Positions 47,353-57,513 of a stretch of DNA of 64,000 nucleotides are shown here, in pieces. A model generated the notes under the pieces. The model searched no databases, was not told the origin of the DNA, and saw nothing but the letters and a program-made list of their open reading frames with translations. Source of the DNA: Alphaproteobacteria bacterium (GTDB taxonomy: Bacteria > Pseudomonadota > Alphaproteobacteria > JACZXZ01); NCBI GenBank assembly GCA_035625915.1, contig DASPOR010000117.1:3700-67699 (forward strand), written 5' to 3'. Position 1 is the stretch's first letter; every line of letters starts with the position of its first letter. The position numbers and the translations under genes are program-made.

Positions 47353-48330
47353 CTATTTGCCGCCGATCTGTTTTGCCTTCTCGACCAGGACCTGGGCTTG
47401 GCGGATGGATGCGATGTCGATGAGCCTGCCGTCAAGCGAGACCGCCCCTTTACCTTCCTTCTGGGCCTGGGCCATTGCGTCGATAATGCGCTGGGCTTTC
47501 TTCACGTCGGCTTCGCTCGGGCTGAACACCTCGTTCGCAAGCTCTATTTGGCTCGGGTGAATTGCCCATTTTCCCTCGCAGCCGAGTACCGCCGAGCGGC
47601 GCGCCTGCGCGCGAAATCCGTCGGGGTCCTGGAAATCGCCGAACGGTCCGTCGATCGGGCGCAACCCGTTGGCGCGTGCGGCCACGACGATGCGGGCGAT
47701 TGCATAGTGCCACATGTCGCCCCAATGCACCTGACGCGCGCCACTCGTGTCCTTGTCAGTCAGCACCGCATAATCCGGGTTTGGTCCGCCGATATTGGTG
47801 GTCCGCGCGCGAGTTGACGCCGCATAGTCGGCCACCCCGAAATGCAGGGACTCGAGCCGTGAGCTTGCCGAGGAGATCGCCTCGACATTCTGCATGCCAA
47901 GGGCGGTCTCGATGATCAGTTCGAAACCGATGCGTTTCTTGCGTCGCATGGCAGTCTCGATCTGGGTCACCAGCATGTCGACCGCGTAGACATCCGACGG
48001 CGTCCCCACCTTGGGGATCATGATCATGTCGAGCCGTTCGCCCCCTTGCTCGAGCACGTCCACGATGTCGCGATACATGTAATGGGTATCGAGGCCGTTG
48101 ATGCGAAGCGAAAGTGTTTTCGAGCCCCAATCGATGTCGTTGATCGCTTGGATGACGTTCTTACGCGCTTGCGCCTTCTCGTCGGGGGCGACCGCGTCCT
48201 CGAGATCGAGGAAAACCACATCGGCCTTTGAAGCTGCCGCCTTCTCGAACAGCTTCGTGTTGCTGCCGGGTACCGCGAGCTCGCTGCGATTGAGCCGCGC
48301 CTTGGCTTGCTCGACGATCTTGAAGCTCAT
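47353..48330 (-). CDS. mcl: L-malyl-CoA/beta-methylmalyl-CoA lyase
   Basis: MSFKIVEQAKARLNRSELAVPGSN...HYMYRDIVDV...GKWAIHPSQIELANEVF, a near-colinear match to characterised Mcl (HpcH/HpaI aldolase-citrate lyase fold). The start is taken at MSFKIVE. Confidence 0.85.
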   Translation of the reverse strand: MSFKIVEQAKARLNRSELAVPGSNTKLFEKAAASKADVVFLDLEDAVAPDEKAQARKNVIQAINDIDWGSKTLSLRINGLDTHYMYRDIVDVLEQGGERLDMIMIPKVGTPSDVYAVDMLVTQIETAMRRKKRIGFELIIETALGMQNVEAISSASSRLESLHFGVADYAASTRARTTNIGGPNPDYAVLTDKDTSGARQVHWGDMWHYAIARIVVAARANGLRPIDGPFGDFQDPDGFRAQARRSAVLGCEGKWAIHPSQIELANEVFSPSEADVKKAQRIIDAMAQAQKEGKGAVSLDGRLIDIASIRQAQVLVEKAKQIGGK

Positions 48331-48491
48331 CGCAACCTCTTTTCCAATCCATTTCAACGATTTGTCGCAAGATCACCAACGCAATGGGCGAGGGCGGATG
48401 ATCGTTCTGCAGCGCAAAAACGATATGCCGTCGCAGCCGCCAAAAGTCAATCAGCGCGCAATGTTGCGGGACTAAGGTTTCGCCGAATTCG

Positions 48492-48534
48492 AAAAAAAGG
48501 GGCACCCCATCGCCACTATCGAGCGGCGATGGGG
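48492..48534 (-). terminator. Rho-independent terminator for the MFS-small subunit transcript
   Basis: On the minus strand, a 10-bp perfect stem CCCCATCGCC/GGCGATGGGG with a 10-nt loop is followed by TGCCCC and TTTTTTT. Confidence 0.6.
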
Positions 48535-48568
48535 TGTCATGCATTATCGAAAATGTTTGGTGCGCAGC

Positions 48569-48697
48569 CTACTGGAAGAGCTTGAGCGCGTTCGCAAGCG
48601 TCTGAAGCACACCCCAGACGAGCGGTATCCCGACGAAGCCCCATGCGAGCACAAGCTTCACAACGTTTCCGGATCGTGTGTTTTGCGACGAAATCAT
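48569..48697 (-). CDS. small (42 aa) membrane protein, probable MFS-transporter small subunit; below the ORF-track size cut-off
   Basis: GGGAGG Shine-Dalgarno 7 bp upstream of the ATG, 12 bp downstream of the MFS stop. Translation is MISSQNTRSGNVVKLVLAWGFVGIPLVWGVLQTLANALKLFQ (one TM helix), followed by the terminator. Confidence 0.55.
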   Translation of the reverse strand: MISSQNTRSGNVVKLVLAWGFVGIPLVWGVLQTLANALKLFQ

Positions 48698-48708
48698 ATT
48701 AGCCTCCC

Positions 48709-50109
48709 TCAATCGGCCATTGCCGCGTCGGCGTCCTCGCTCAAGTGGTGCCGTTCGTGCACCGCCTGGACGAAGAGGTTGCAGAAGAAGCCGATCACCA
48801 GCAGAAACGCCATCACGTACATCGTGACGTTATAGGCTTGTGCCTTCGCCACCACATGGGTGACGTTGTATTCACGGATATAGTTGACGAGCGCGGGACC
48901 GAAGATGCCAGCCATCGACCATGCCGTGAGCAAGAGACCGTGGATTGCGCCCACGTAGCGCGTTCCGAACATGTCACGAAGGTAGGCCGGCACCGTCGCA
49001 AAACCGCCGCCATACATGCTGAAGATCACCGCGTAGAATGCGACGAACAGCGTTACGCTGCCGATTGCGCCGGTGGAGGGGACGAGCGCATAAAGCAGCG
49101 TGCCGAGTGCAAAGAACACGAAGTAGGTGTTCTTGCGGCCGAGGTAGTCCGATGTCGAAGCCCAGAAGAATCTTCCACCCATGTTGAAAAGACTCATCAA
49201 GCCGACGAACCCAGCCGCCGCAACCACACCCACGCGGCCCTGGAACACTTCCTGGATCATCGCCGACGCCTGGCCGAGCACGCCGATTCCCGCCGTCACG
49301 TTGAGGCACAATACGCCCCAGATCAGCCAGAATTGGGGCGTCTTGAGGGCGTCGTAGACATAGACGTCTCGCGTCGTCACGAGCTTCTTGGGCTCGGCCG
49401 GCGCCACATAGCCCTCGGGTTTCCAGTCGGCGGCTGGAATGCGGACAATCGCGGCACCCACCATCATGAAGCACATATAGACGATACCCATGACAACGAA
49501 GGTCGTACTGACCCCGACATCGGTCGGTGTCGAGAATTGCTGCATGAGCCACACGGAAAGAGGAGATGCGATGAAGGCGCCACCGCCAAATCCCATGATC
49601 GCCATGCCCGTCGCCATGCCCGGACGATCGGGGAACCACTTGATCAGTGTCGAAACGGGAGAGATATAGCCGATGCCGAGCCCGAACCCGCCCAAAACGC
49701 CGTAGCCGAAATAAATCAGCCAAATATTGTGCAGTTCAGCGCCGATCGCCGAGAGAATGAATCCCCCACCCCAGCAAAGAGCGGCCGTGAACATCGCCCG
49801 CCGCGGGCCGCCAACCTCAACCCACCGGCCGAGGAGTGCCGCCGAGGCGCCGAGGACGAAGATGGCGATACTGAAAATCCACCCGAGCTGCGGCAGGTTC
49901 CAATCGTCGGGCGCCGATTGGCTGACGCCGAGCAGCTTGGTCAGCGGCAGATTGAACACGCTGAAAGCGTAGGCCTGACCAATGCAAAGATGCACGCAGA
50001 GTGCTGCCGGCGGCACCAACCACCGATTGAAGCCCGGCCCTGCAATGGTGTGTTTTCTGTCGAGTACCGACAAAAAGGTCATTTCGTTTCTCCCTAGAAC
50101 GTCAAACAC
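48709..50109 (-). CDS. MFS transporter, oxalate/formate antiporter (OFA) family
   Basis: 12-TM MFS with an OFA-type N-terminus (NRWLVPPAALCVHLCIGQAYAFSVF). The start is either MFDVL (50109) or MTFLSV (50082). Confidence 0.8.
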   Translation of the reverse strand: MFDVLGRNEMTFLSVLDRKHTIAGPGFNRWLVPPAALCVHLCIGQAYAFSVFNLPLTKLLGVSQSAPDDWNLPQLGWIFSIAIFVLGASAALLGRWVEVGGPRRAMFTAALCWGGGFILSAIGAELHNIWLIYFGYGVLGGFGLGIGYISPVSTLIKWFPDRPGMATGMAIMGFGGGAFIASPLSVWLMQQFSTPTDVGVSTTFVVMGIVYMCFMMVGAAIVRIPAADWKPEGYVAPAEPKKLVTTRDVYVYDALKTPQFWLIWGVLCLNVTAGIGVLGQASAMIQEVFQGRVGVVAAAGFVGLMSLFNMGGRFFWASTSDYLGRKNTYFVFFALGTLLYALVPSTGAIGSVTLFVAFYAVIFSMYGGGFATVPAYLRDMFGTRYVGAIHGLLLTAWSMAGIFGPALVNYIREYNVTHVVAKAQAYNVTMYVMAFLLVIGFFCNLFVQAVHERHHLSEDADAAMAD

Positions 50110-50404
50110 AGCCTTCTTCCGTCACCCTGCCCAGCCTCTCGGCCCGCTGTCGTTGCAGCGCACAGGGTCCTCAACGGCAAACCCCTTCGAATGCCGTTCG
50201 CACGTTTCCCCCTCGGGCCCAATGGGGTCCTTGGGAGGCTTTTCCATTTCGCCGATTTGCGCCGAGACGAAGGGCGTTGGCGGCCGATGGCTTAACTGCT
50301 CGTAGCGCCCTCGGCCAAGCCGCGGACGCTGTGGCGTCTGGCATACATTATAACCGGTGCCGCAGCGGCCTTCACGCGAATATCCGGCTTCGTAGCTACC
50401 CGAA

Positions 50405-51388
50405 TCAGGCTCGGTCCTTTCGGCTTTTGGCGAGCGGGTGGTGGTGTTGGACGAGGCTTCTCAGCCGTTCTTCGAGCACATGCGTATAGATTTGCGTCGT
50501 GGCGATATCGGCATGGCCGAGGAGCCGCTGCACGCTGCGCAAATCCGCACCATGGGCGAGGAGGTGGGTGGCGAATGCGTGGCGCAGGACGTGCGGTGAG
50601 ACTTTGGCGCGGTCGAGCCCGGAGCTGAGTGCGAGTTCCTTTAAGAGCTGACCGAAGCGGTGCCGCGTGAGATGTCCGGCCGATCCAAACGAGGGGAAGA
50701 GCCAACGGGATGTTTTGCCACGCCCAAGCGTTGTCTCTCGAACGGGAAGCCATGCTTCGAGCGCTTGGCGCGCCGGCTCGGAGAGCGGCACCAAGCGCTC
50801 TTTGCTGCCTTTGCCACGAACAGTGATAAGCCGTCGGTCTCGAGCAATGGCCGCAAGGGGAAGACCGACGAGTTCGGAAACACGCATGCCGGTTGCATAG
50901 AGGAGTTCGAGGAGGAGGACGAGCCGGACGCCTTCTGGGCCCGGCCTGAGGCGCGCACCGCCCAACAAGGCTTCAACCTCGCCCTCACTCAAGAACTTCG
51001 GCAGCGGCCGACCTAGGCGCGGACTGTCGAGGGCCACAGTCGGATCATGGGCGCACAGCCCTTCGGCGTAACGAAAGCGGTGGTATTGCCGCAGTGCAGA
51101 CAGCCGACGTGCGGCCGTGCGAGGAAGAAATCCTGCATGCCCGAGACTTGCGAAGTAGTCGCGCAGCGATGAGGTGTCCGATTCCTCGATTGCGCGCCCG
51201 CGTTTGCGAAGGAAGCTCTCGAAATCGGCGAGGTCGCGGCGATAGGCGTCGACCGTATTGGCGGAAGCACCGCGCTCAGCGATCAGCATTTCGAGAAACG
51301 CCTCGATTTGAGGCGACCCGGAGGCCGTACGCTTCTTGGCCGGCCGGCCGCGATGCCTGGACGATGCGCTCTTTTCCGCCTCTGACAA
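50405..51388 (-). CDS. xerD: site-specific tyrosine recombinase XerD
   Basis: N-terminal SAM-like core-binding domain (IEAFLEMLIAERGASANTVDAYRRDL) and catalytic R..HxxR..Y (LRHAFATHLL...IYTHV). Confidence 0.85.
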   Translation of the reverse strand: MSEAEKSASSRHRGRPAKKRTASGSPQIEAFLEMLIAERGASANTVDAYRRDLADFESFLRKRGRAIEESDTSSLRDYFASLGHAGFLPRTAARRLSALRQYHRFRYAEGLCAHDPTVALDSPRLGRPLPKFLSEGEVEALLGGARLRPGPEGVRLVLLLELLYATGMRVSELVGLPLAAIARDRRLITVRGKGSKERLVPLSEPARQALEAWLPVRETTLGRGKTSRWLFPSFGSAGHLTRHRFGQLLKELALSSGLDRAKVSPHVLRHAFATHLLAHGADLRSVQRLLGHADIATTQIYTHVLEERLRSLVQHHHPLAKSRKDRA

Positions 51389-51525
51389 AGCTAAGCCGCT
51401 AACGGACAGAGCTCGACCAACGTCGCCTTTCCCGCCCCTCCGGCACGCGATCGCTGGCTGAGATCCGATCGAGCGTGCGAGATCGACGGGCGAGAGGGTG
51501 GCTTTCGATTCGAACCAATCATCAT

Positions 51526-53400
51526 CTATACACCCGCTGCAACGGCGGCCTCTATCGCAAGACGGCGCGCCTCGGGCGCCAATCCAACCTTGCGCAGCGC
51601 CTCAACGCTCGCATCGAGCGCTACGGGATTGGTGCTCCCGGCTCCACCGGCGCCAGCCGCGATAAGTACGAGAAGCACCGTTTCGCCACGCCGGCTATCT
51701 GCTGCGGCGAATTTGAGCGCCTGCCATACGGCAATCGGCGGCATTGCCGCGGGCTCGTCCTCGGTCGAACCCAGGAGGGATTGCCAAGAAGTGCGGGGAA
51801 CCGGATTGCCCAAAGCGGCAAAGAGGCCCAGAAGCTGCGCAGCGCGCTCGTCGGCGAGTTTGGCGGGGGCGTCTTTCCGTGCAACCTGTGCGGCTCTCCA
51901 AGCGCTAAAGCGGTTCTCATCCCACGGCGTTGAGCTTTCCATGGCAAGGCACGTATAGGGCCAAAGCTCGACGGCAGCGTCGAGCAGCGTGCTACCGGCC
52001 CCGACCGCCTTGGGTGCGATCGCAACCCAATTTTGCGCGGCATTGACACGGCCGGCATAGAAGAGTGCGCGTGCGGCCTCCGGTGCGAAAAAGGCGAGTT
52101 CCGGCGCCGGTGCCATCGCTTCGATCAGCGGTAAGTTCACGGCAATCGCCAACGGGTAGACCCCGGCCGAACGGGCGAGCGAAAGTGCGGTACCGATCGC
52201 TTCGGCCTTGGCAGTCGGAACTTGCGCGTCTTTGGCGGCTCGATAGAGGCGTACGCGCGTTTTTGGGCCGTAATCCGTGTCCGCTTTACCAGCCGCCCCC
52301 GCGCCGTCGGCATCGGTTAGATTCGCCTTGTCGTAGATTTGCGCGAGCCTGTCGCCGGACATAGCACCGGCGAGCGTGGCACGCTCGGCTGCGGCCAAGC
52401 GAAGGTCGGGAGGTGTATCCGGGTTCTCGGCGATCGCGCGAAGGACGGCAGGCTCGGCCACGCGCAAGGCGTCCTCCCGCAGCTGTATCTTTGCCGCGCG
52501 CATCATCGCGAAATGCAGCGGCGTGACATTGGGCAAGGCGGTCAGCCGCACCCCCTTTTCGCCCATCACGGCGTTGAGAAGCATGAAGTAGGACGGGTCT
52601 TTGTCTTCACCTTCCTCGTGGAGAAGGCTCACGCCGATATCGACCTGCTGCGTCTTTTTTTCGCTTGCTTCGCAAAAGAGCTGCAGCTTTTGCCAATATA
52701 CCCCGGGGTACTTCCTGAGGAGCGAGCCCGCGTCGCGGCAGACGTCGGCTGGGGCGCCGTCGATCAGGCTCGCGTTGGTGCGCAGGCGCGCGAGCGTTTC
52801 GTCGTCGAAGGACGCGGGGATCACGGCCATCAACGACTTGAGCCCGTCGAGGTCGCCCATCTCCCCGAGCTTCTGGGCGCGAAGCGCAATGAGGCTGGCG
52901 CCCGAGTCGTCGGCTGCACCGGCGCTTGCGCCCTCGCGTTTAACCCCTTCCGGTCGATTGGCGTTCGAGAGCAGTAGCCGGTGCGCGAGATCGCGCAGCA
53001 CGGGCGAGCGGATTGACGAGGGCATCGCCGCAATCAGCGTCGTGACCGTACTATGGGGCGTGCCGCGCCAAAGATCGAGCCCGAGTCCGCCTTGACCCGG
53101 ATCGAGCGTGCCGAGCGCGTCATTGTCGAATCCGCCGAGCTTGTCGACTTCGATCCCTTTCGGCGATGCGACTCCGATCGGTGCGGCCGCCGGCGTGGCG
53201 GTGGGCACTTGGGGGGATAATGGCGCCTGGGAGCCCGCCCCTTCCGTCGCCAAGCCCTGTTCGGGAAGCTGAGACGACGGCTTGAGCGGAAGAAGCTGGA
53301 TCGGCGCACCTTGCGCCACGTTGGTATCGGCCGCGGCGGCGCCACTCGCCCAGAACGCGAGCAACAGCCCCGCCGCAACGCTAGCGGGGAAAGCGGTCAT
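51526..53400 (-). CDS. large conserved periplasmic hypothetical protein with signal peptide
   Basis: The start is taken at MTAFPASVAAGLLLAFWASGAAAA (signal peptide); the ORF-track upstream extension is unlikely. Ala-rich, no recognised domain. Occupies the xerD-[hyp]-aroK-aroB neighbourhood. Confidence 0.5.
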   Translation of the reverse strand: MTAFPASVAAGLLLAFWASGAAAADTNVAQGAPIQLLPLKPSSQLPEQGLATEGAGSQAPLSPQVPTATPAAAPIGVASPKGIEVDKLGGFDNDALGTLDPGQGGLGLDLWRGTPHSTVTTLIAAMPSSIRSPVLRDLAHRLLLSNANRPEGVKREGASAGAADDSGASLIALRAQKLGEMGDLDGLKSLMAVIPASFDDETLARLRTNASLIDGAPADVCRDAGSLLRKYPGVYWQKLQLFCEASEKKTQQVDIGVSLLHEEGEDKDPSYFMLLNAVMGEKGVRLTALPNVTPLHFAMMRAAKIQLREDALRVAEPAVLRAIAENPDTPPDLRLAAAERATLAGAMSGDRLAQIYDKANLTDADGAGAAGKADTDYGPKTRVRLYRAAKDAQVPTAKAEAIGTALSLARSAGVYPLAIAVNLPLIEAMAPAPELAFFAPEAARALFYAGRVNAAQNWVAIAPKAVGAGSTLLDAAVELWPYTCLAMESSTPWDENRFSAWRAAQVARKDAPAKLADERAAQLLGLFAALGNPVPRTSWQSLLGSTEDEPAAMPPIAVWQALKFAAADSRRGETVLLVLIAAGAGGAGSTNPVALDASVEALRKVGLAPEARRLAIEAAVAAGV

Positions 53401-53521
53401 TCGGTATGACCTTTTCGACCTTTGCTGTGGGGGCGGGAATATCCCAACTGGCGAGGAAGGCGACCCCGCCAGCCACGATGACCAGCACGGCGAGGGCGAT
53501 GATACGGGAAAGCTTGAACAT
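53381..53521 (-). CDS. possible small single-TM protein overlapping the start of the large periplasmic protein gene
   Basis: MFKLSRIIALAVLVIVAGGVAFLASWDIPAPTAKVEKVIPNDRFPR has one clear TM helix. Weak support; it could instead be part of an alternative start. Confidence 0.3.
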   Translation of the reverse strand: MFKLSRIIALAVLVIVAGGVAFLASWDIPAPTAKVEKVIPNDRFPR

Positions 53522-53770
53522 GCGCGTCCGTTCTTTATGTGATCGGCCTGCAGCGGGGATGCGCCGGTAGCTACGATCGCAGGCACCCACTGGCCCCTAG
53601 CGCCCGACGAACTCCCTATTAGCCGCTTTGGCGACACGCCGCGAGGCTTTGTGTTAGAGTTCCACTATGGCGATTTTACGGCACCTTTCGTCCCAAGCAA
53701 ACCAGGCAATGGAACTTTTGCCCGGCCTGGCGAGCGCTTGCTTTCGACCGAGACGCCCTGGAGGGGCCTC

Positions 53771-54370
53771 GTGAGCGAGGTCCTGGAAAGGCCCGAGTTA
53801 CCGCCCTCCCCGCCAAGGACGCTTGTCCTGGTCGGATTGATGGGGGCCGGGAAGACCTGCATCGGAAAACGCCTTGCCCAGACATTCGGCCTCGAATTCG
53901 TCGACGCGGACGAGGAGATCGAGATGGCGGCCGGCTGCAGCATCGAGGATATTTTTGCGCGCTATGGCGAAAGCCACTTCCGGGACGGGGAGCGACGGGT
54001 GATTGCCCGGCTGCTCGATTGCCCCGTGCACGTGCTTGCGACGGGCGGTGGCGCTTTTATGGATCCCCGCACGCGAGAGAAGATCCGCGAGCGTGGGATA
54101 TCCGTATGGCTGCGTGCGGATATCGAACTTCTGTTGCGCCGGGTCTCGCGCCGCAACAACCGCCCGCTCCTCAAGCACGGCGACCAGCGGGCCACCCTGG
54201 AGCGGCTCATCGCCCTGCGCTATCCCATATACGCGGAGGCCGACATCGCGGTCGACAGCCTGGATGCGTCGCCCGACGCGACCGCGGAGCGAGTCGTAGC
54301 GGCACTTCGCGCCTACCTAGCCTCGAACGCGAGTGAACAATGCGAGAGGCGACAACAAGCAACGCCATGA
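53771..54370 (+). CDS. aroK: shikimate kinase
   Basis: P-loop [17 protein letters not shown], typical length from the GTG start at 53771. The stop overlaps the aroB ATG (ATGA). Confidence 0.8.
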   Translation: MSEVLERPELPPSPPRTLVLVGLMGAGKTCIGKRLAQTFGLEFVDADEEIEMAAGCSIEDIFARYGESHFRDGERRVIARLLDCPVHVLATGGGAFMDPRTREKIRERGISVWLRADIELLLRRVSRRNNRPLLKHGDQRATLERLIALRYPIYAEADIAVDSLDASPDATAERVVAALRAYLASNASEQCERRQQATP

Positions 54371-55479
54371 AGGACCATCAGAGCATATCCGTCTCGCTCG
54401 GTGCGCGAGGCTATGAGATCGTTCTCGGCAGCGGCGTGCTTGATCGTGCGGGTGAACTGATGGCGCCGATACTTGCCCGGCCGCGCGTCGCTGTGGTCAC
54501 GGATCGCAACACCGCCGTCCATCTGCCGCGGCTCAAGGCCGCTCTCGATCGCGCCAGAATTGTCCACGACGAGGTCGTCCTTCCTTCCGGAGAAACGACG
54601 AAGGATTTCGCTCACCTCGAAGCGCTGATCGATCGACTTCTTGCCGGCCGGATCGAGCGATCAACGGCGCTTATCGCCCTCGGCGGCGGGGTGATCGGCG
54701 ATTTGACGGGCTTCGCCGCCAGTATCGTCCTGCGCGGAATCGACTTCGTGCAGATTCCCACGACGCTTCTTGCTCAAGTCGATAGCTCGATAGGCGGGAA
54801 GACCGGAATCAATACGGGCCATGGCAAGAACCTCGTGGGAAGTTTCCATCAACCCCGCCTCGTGATCGCCGACCTTTCGACCCTCGACACGCTGCCTCCC
54901 CGCGAGTTCCTCGCGGGCTATGCCGAAATCGTCAAATACGGACTGCTGGGCGATGCGGAATTCTTCGATTGGTTGGAGGCGCACGGCGAAAGCCTGATCG
55001 AGGGAGACGCGAGTGCGCGCTTGCATGCGGTTGCAAAGAGCTGCCGTGCCAAGGCCGCCATCGTCGCGGAGGACGAACGCGAGGCAGGCCAGCGCGCACT
55101 TCTCAATCTCGGTCACACCTTCGCCCACGCGTTCGAGGCTGAGACGGGCTTCGGCGCCGAGCTCCTTCACGGCGAAGCCGTGGCGCTCGGCATGGTGATG
55201 GCATTCGATCTTTCCGTCCGGCTCGGCCATTGCGCGCCCGAGGATGCGACTCGCGTACGCCGCCACTTGACCGCGGTCGGCCTGCCGACCGAACTTACCC
55301 GCGGCGATGGCCGGCGCTGGGATGCCGGCGCACTCCTCGACCACATGGCGCGCGACAAGAAGGTGCGCGATGGCAAGGTCACCTTCGTGCTAGCCCGCGG
55401 CATCGGTCGAGCCTTCGTCGCACACGACGTGGCGCGCGAAGCCGTGCGCGAGCTGCTCGACGACGCCGTCGCGGCGTGA
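54367..55479 (+). CDS. aroB: 3-dehydroquinate synthase
   Basis: NAD-binding [14 protein letters not shown] and metal-binding His motifs (HTFAHAFE). 370 aa. Confidence 0.9.
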   Translation: MKDHQSISVSLGARGYEIVLGSGVLDRAGELMAPILARPRVAVVTDRNTAVHLPRLKAALDRARIVHDEVVLPSGETTKDFAHLEALIDRLLAGRIERSTALIALGGGVIGDLTGFAASIVLRGIDFVQIPTTLLAQVDSSIGGKTGINTGHGKNLVGSFHQPRLVIADLSTLDTLPPREFLAGYAEIVKYGLLGDAEFFDWLEAHGESLIEGDASARLHAVAKSCRAKAAIVAEDEREAGQRALLNLGHTFAHAFEAETGFGAELLHGEAVALGMVMAFDLSVRLGHCAPEDATRVRRHLTAVGLPTELTRGDGRRWDAGALLDHMARDKKVRDGKVTFVLARGIGRAFVAHDVAREAVRELLDDAVAA

Positions 55480-55505
55480 ATTTTCGAGAGTTGGGCGAAC
55501 CGGCG

Positions 55506-56792
55506 ATGGATATCGACCTTTCGCTTGTCGGCACGATTCTACTGATCGTGGTCCTCCTCGTGGCATCGGCTTTCTTCTCGGCCTCCGAGACGGCGATCAC
55601 GGGGGCATCTCGCCCACGCATGCACGCGCTCGAAAACCGCGGCAATGCCCGCGCGCGGGTGGTCAACCAGCTTCGTGCGGCGACCGAGCGCATGATCGGG
55701 GGCATTCTTTTCGGCAACAGTCTCGCGAACATCCTCGCCTCGTCCCTCGCAACGAGTATCCTGATCGCCTGGTTCGGCAACGCCGGTGTCGCCTACGCAA
55801 CCGTTGTGATGACGTTGCTCATTCTTCTCTTCGGCGAGGTGCTGCCGAAGAGCTATGCCCTTCATCATGCCGACCGCGTAGCCCTTGCGACGGCGCCGAT
55901 CGTCCGCGCGATCGTCTGGCTGCTCACCCCCATCACGAGTGCGGTCGAGGTCGTCGTGCGCACGCTCTTGAAACTGCTGGGCGTGAAGATCGGCGGCGGG
56001 ATCAGCGTCCTGCACCGGGAGGAAGAGCTGCGCGGCGCAATCGATCTCCACCGCGGGCCCGAGCCCGAAACTTTGCAAGAGCGGCGCATGCTGCGAAGTG
56101 TGCTCGACCTCGATGAAGTCACGGTCGGCGAGGTAATGGTTCACCGTAAGAACGTCGTCGCGGTGGATGCCGATATGCCGGCCGACCAAATCCTCGATGT
56201 CGTAGTCGGGAGCCAATATTCGCGCCTGCCGCTCTGGCGCGGAGATGCCGACAATATCGTCGGTGTGCTGCACGTGAAGACGCTTTTGCATGCGCTACGC
56301 ACGCACAAGGGCGCGCTCGGGCCGCTCAAGATCGATTTGGTCATGGCCAAGCCGTGGTTCGTCCCCGATACCACATCGCTCCTCGACCAGCTCCAGGCCT
56401 TCCGCAAGCGCCGGGAGCATTTCGCCTTCGTGGTCGACGAGTACGGCGCCTATATGGGCATCGTGACGCTCGAGGATGTCCTCGAGGAAATCGTCGGCGA
56501 CATCACGGACGAGCTTGACCTTGCCGTCCCCGGTGTGCGCCTTGAACCCGGCGGCACTTACGTGGTCGACGGCAGTGTGACGATCCGCGATCTCAATCGC
56601 GAGTTCGATTGGCGTTTGCCGGATGACGAGGCGACGACGGTTGCCGGCCTCGTCATGCATGAGGCCCGCATGATTCCGGAGCCGGGGCAGATTTTCACCT
56701 TTTTCGGTTTTCGCTTCGAGGTGCTGCGCCGGCAACGCAACCAGATCACGGCGATTCGCATCACGCCGCCCCCGCTCGAGGAAGGGAAGTAG
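55506..56792 (+). CDS. HlyC/CorC-family transporter (DUF21 + CBS pair + CorC_HlyC domains)
   Basis: N-terminal DUF21 TM domain (FFSASETAITG), tandem CBS, and a C-terminal transporter-associated domain. The start is taken at MDIDLSLV. Confidence 0.8.
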   Translation: MDIDLSLVGTILLIVVLLVASAFFSASETAITGASRPRMHALENRGNARARVVNQLRAATERMIGGILFGNSLANILASSLATSILIAWFGNAGVAYATVVMTLLILLFGEVLPKSYALHHADRVALATAPIVRAIVWLLTPITSAVEVVVRTLLKLLGVKIGGGISVLHREEELRGAIDLHRGPEPETLQERRMLRSVLDLDEVTVGEVMVHRKNVVAVDADMPADQILDVVVGSQYSRLPLWRGDADNIVGVLHVKTLLHALRTHKGALGPLKIDLVMAKPWFVPDTTSLLDQLQAFRKRREHFAFVVDEYGAYMGIVTLEDVLEEIVGDITDELDLAVPGVRLEPGGTYVVDGSVTIRDLNREFDWRLPDDEATTVAGLVMHEARMIPEPGQIFTFFGFRFEVLRRQRNQITAIRITPPPLEEGK

Positions 56793-56890
56793 GCAGGCTG
56801 CGACTCGACCCGTGCAATGTTTGCCTGCACCCTGCTTGACCGTCCGCCAGCCTGCCTTATATTGCATTGCACAACGAACGGGCGGTCATC

Positions 56891-57463
56891 ATGCCTCTCA
56901 CACCGGCGAGCGAGCGCGAGCTTATCCACACTCGGCAGGTCTTGTGCCGTGGATACCGACGATCCGACGGCCGATGGGATATCGAGGGTCACCTCATCGA
57001 CACCAAGAGCTACAGCTGGAAAAGCGACTACCGCGGCGACGTGCCGCCCGGTGTCCCGGTCCATGAGATGTGGCTGCGCCTGACGATCGATGACGACTTT
57101 TTGATTCACGCGGCGGAAGCGTCGAGCGACTTCCATCCGTTCCGTGTTTGCCCGGAAGTGACGCCGAACTTCGCGGCACTCAAGGGACTGCGTATCGGTC
57201 CTGGCTGGCGACGGAAGGTCAGGGAGCTCGTGGGCGGCACGAAGGGCTGCACCCATCTCGTCGAGCTTCTGGCCCCGCTTGCGACCGCGGCCTATCAGAC
57301 GATCTACCCCATCCGCGAGAGAAAGCGGCGCGAGGAAAATCAGCTCGATCCCCACAAGAAGCCCGAGCTGATCGATACCTGCCACGCGCTTGCAAGCGAC
57401 AGCGAAGTTGTCGCGCGCTATTGGCCCGATTTCTATACCGGCAAAGCGGCTGCGAAAGGCTGA
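56891..57463 (+). CDS. DUF2889-family protein
   Basis: About 190 aa with Cys/His-containing conserved blocks (GCTHLVELL). Family recalled from memory only, no function known. Confidence 0.5.
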   Translation: MPLTPASERELIHTRQVLCRGYRRSDGRWDIEGHLIDTKSYSWKSDYRGDVPPGVPVHEMWLRLTIDDDFLIHAAEASSDFHPFRVCPEVTPNFAALKGLRIGPGWRRKVRELVGGTKGCTHLVELLAPLATAAYQTIYPIRERKRREENQLDPHKKPELIDTCHALASDSEVVARYWPDFYTGKAAAKG

Positions 57464-57513
57464 ACCGCGTGTCGGTTATAAAATCGGCCGTCGCCACAGG
57501 GTACTCATAAGCA

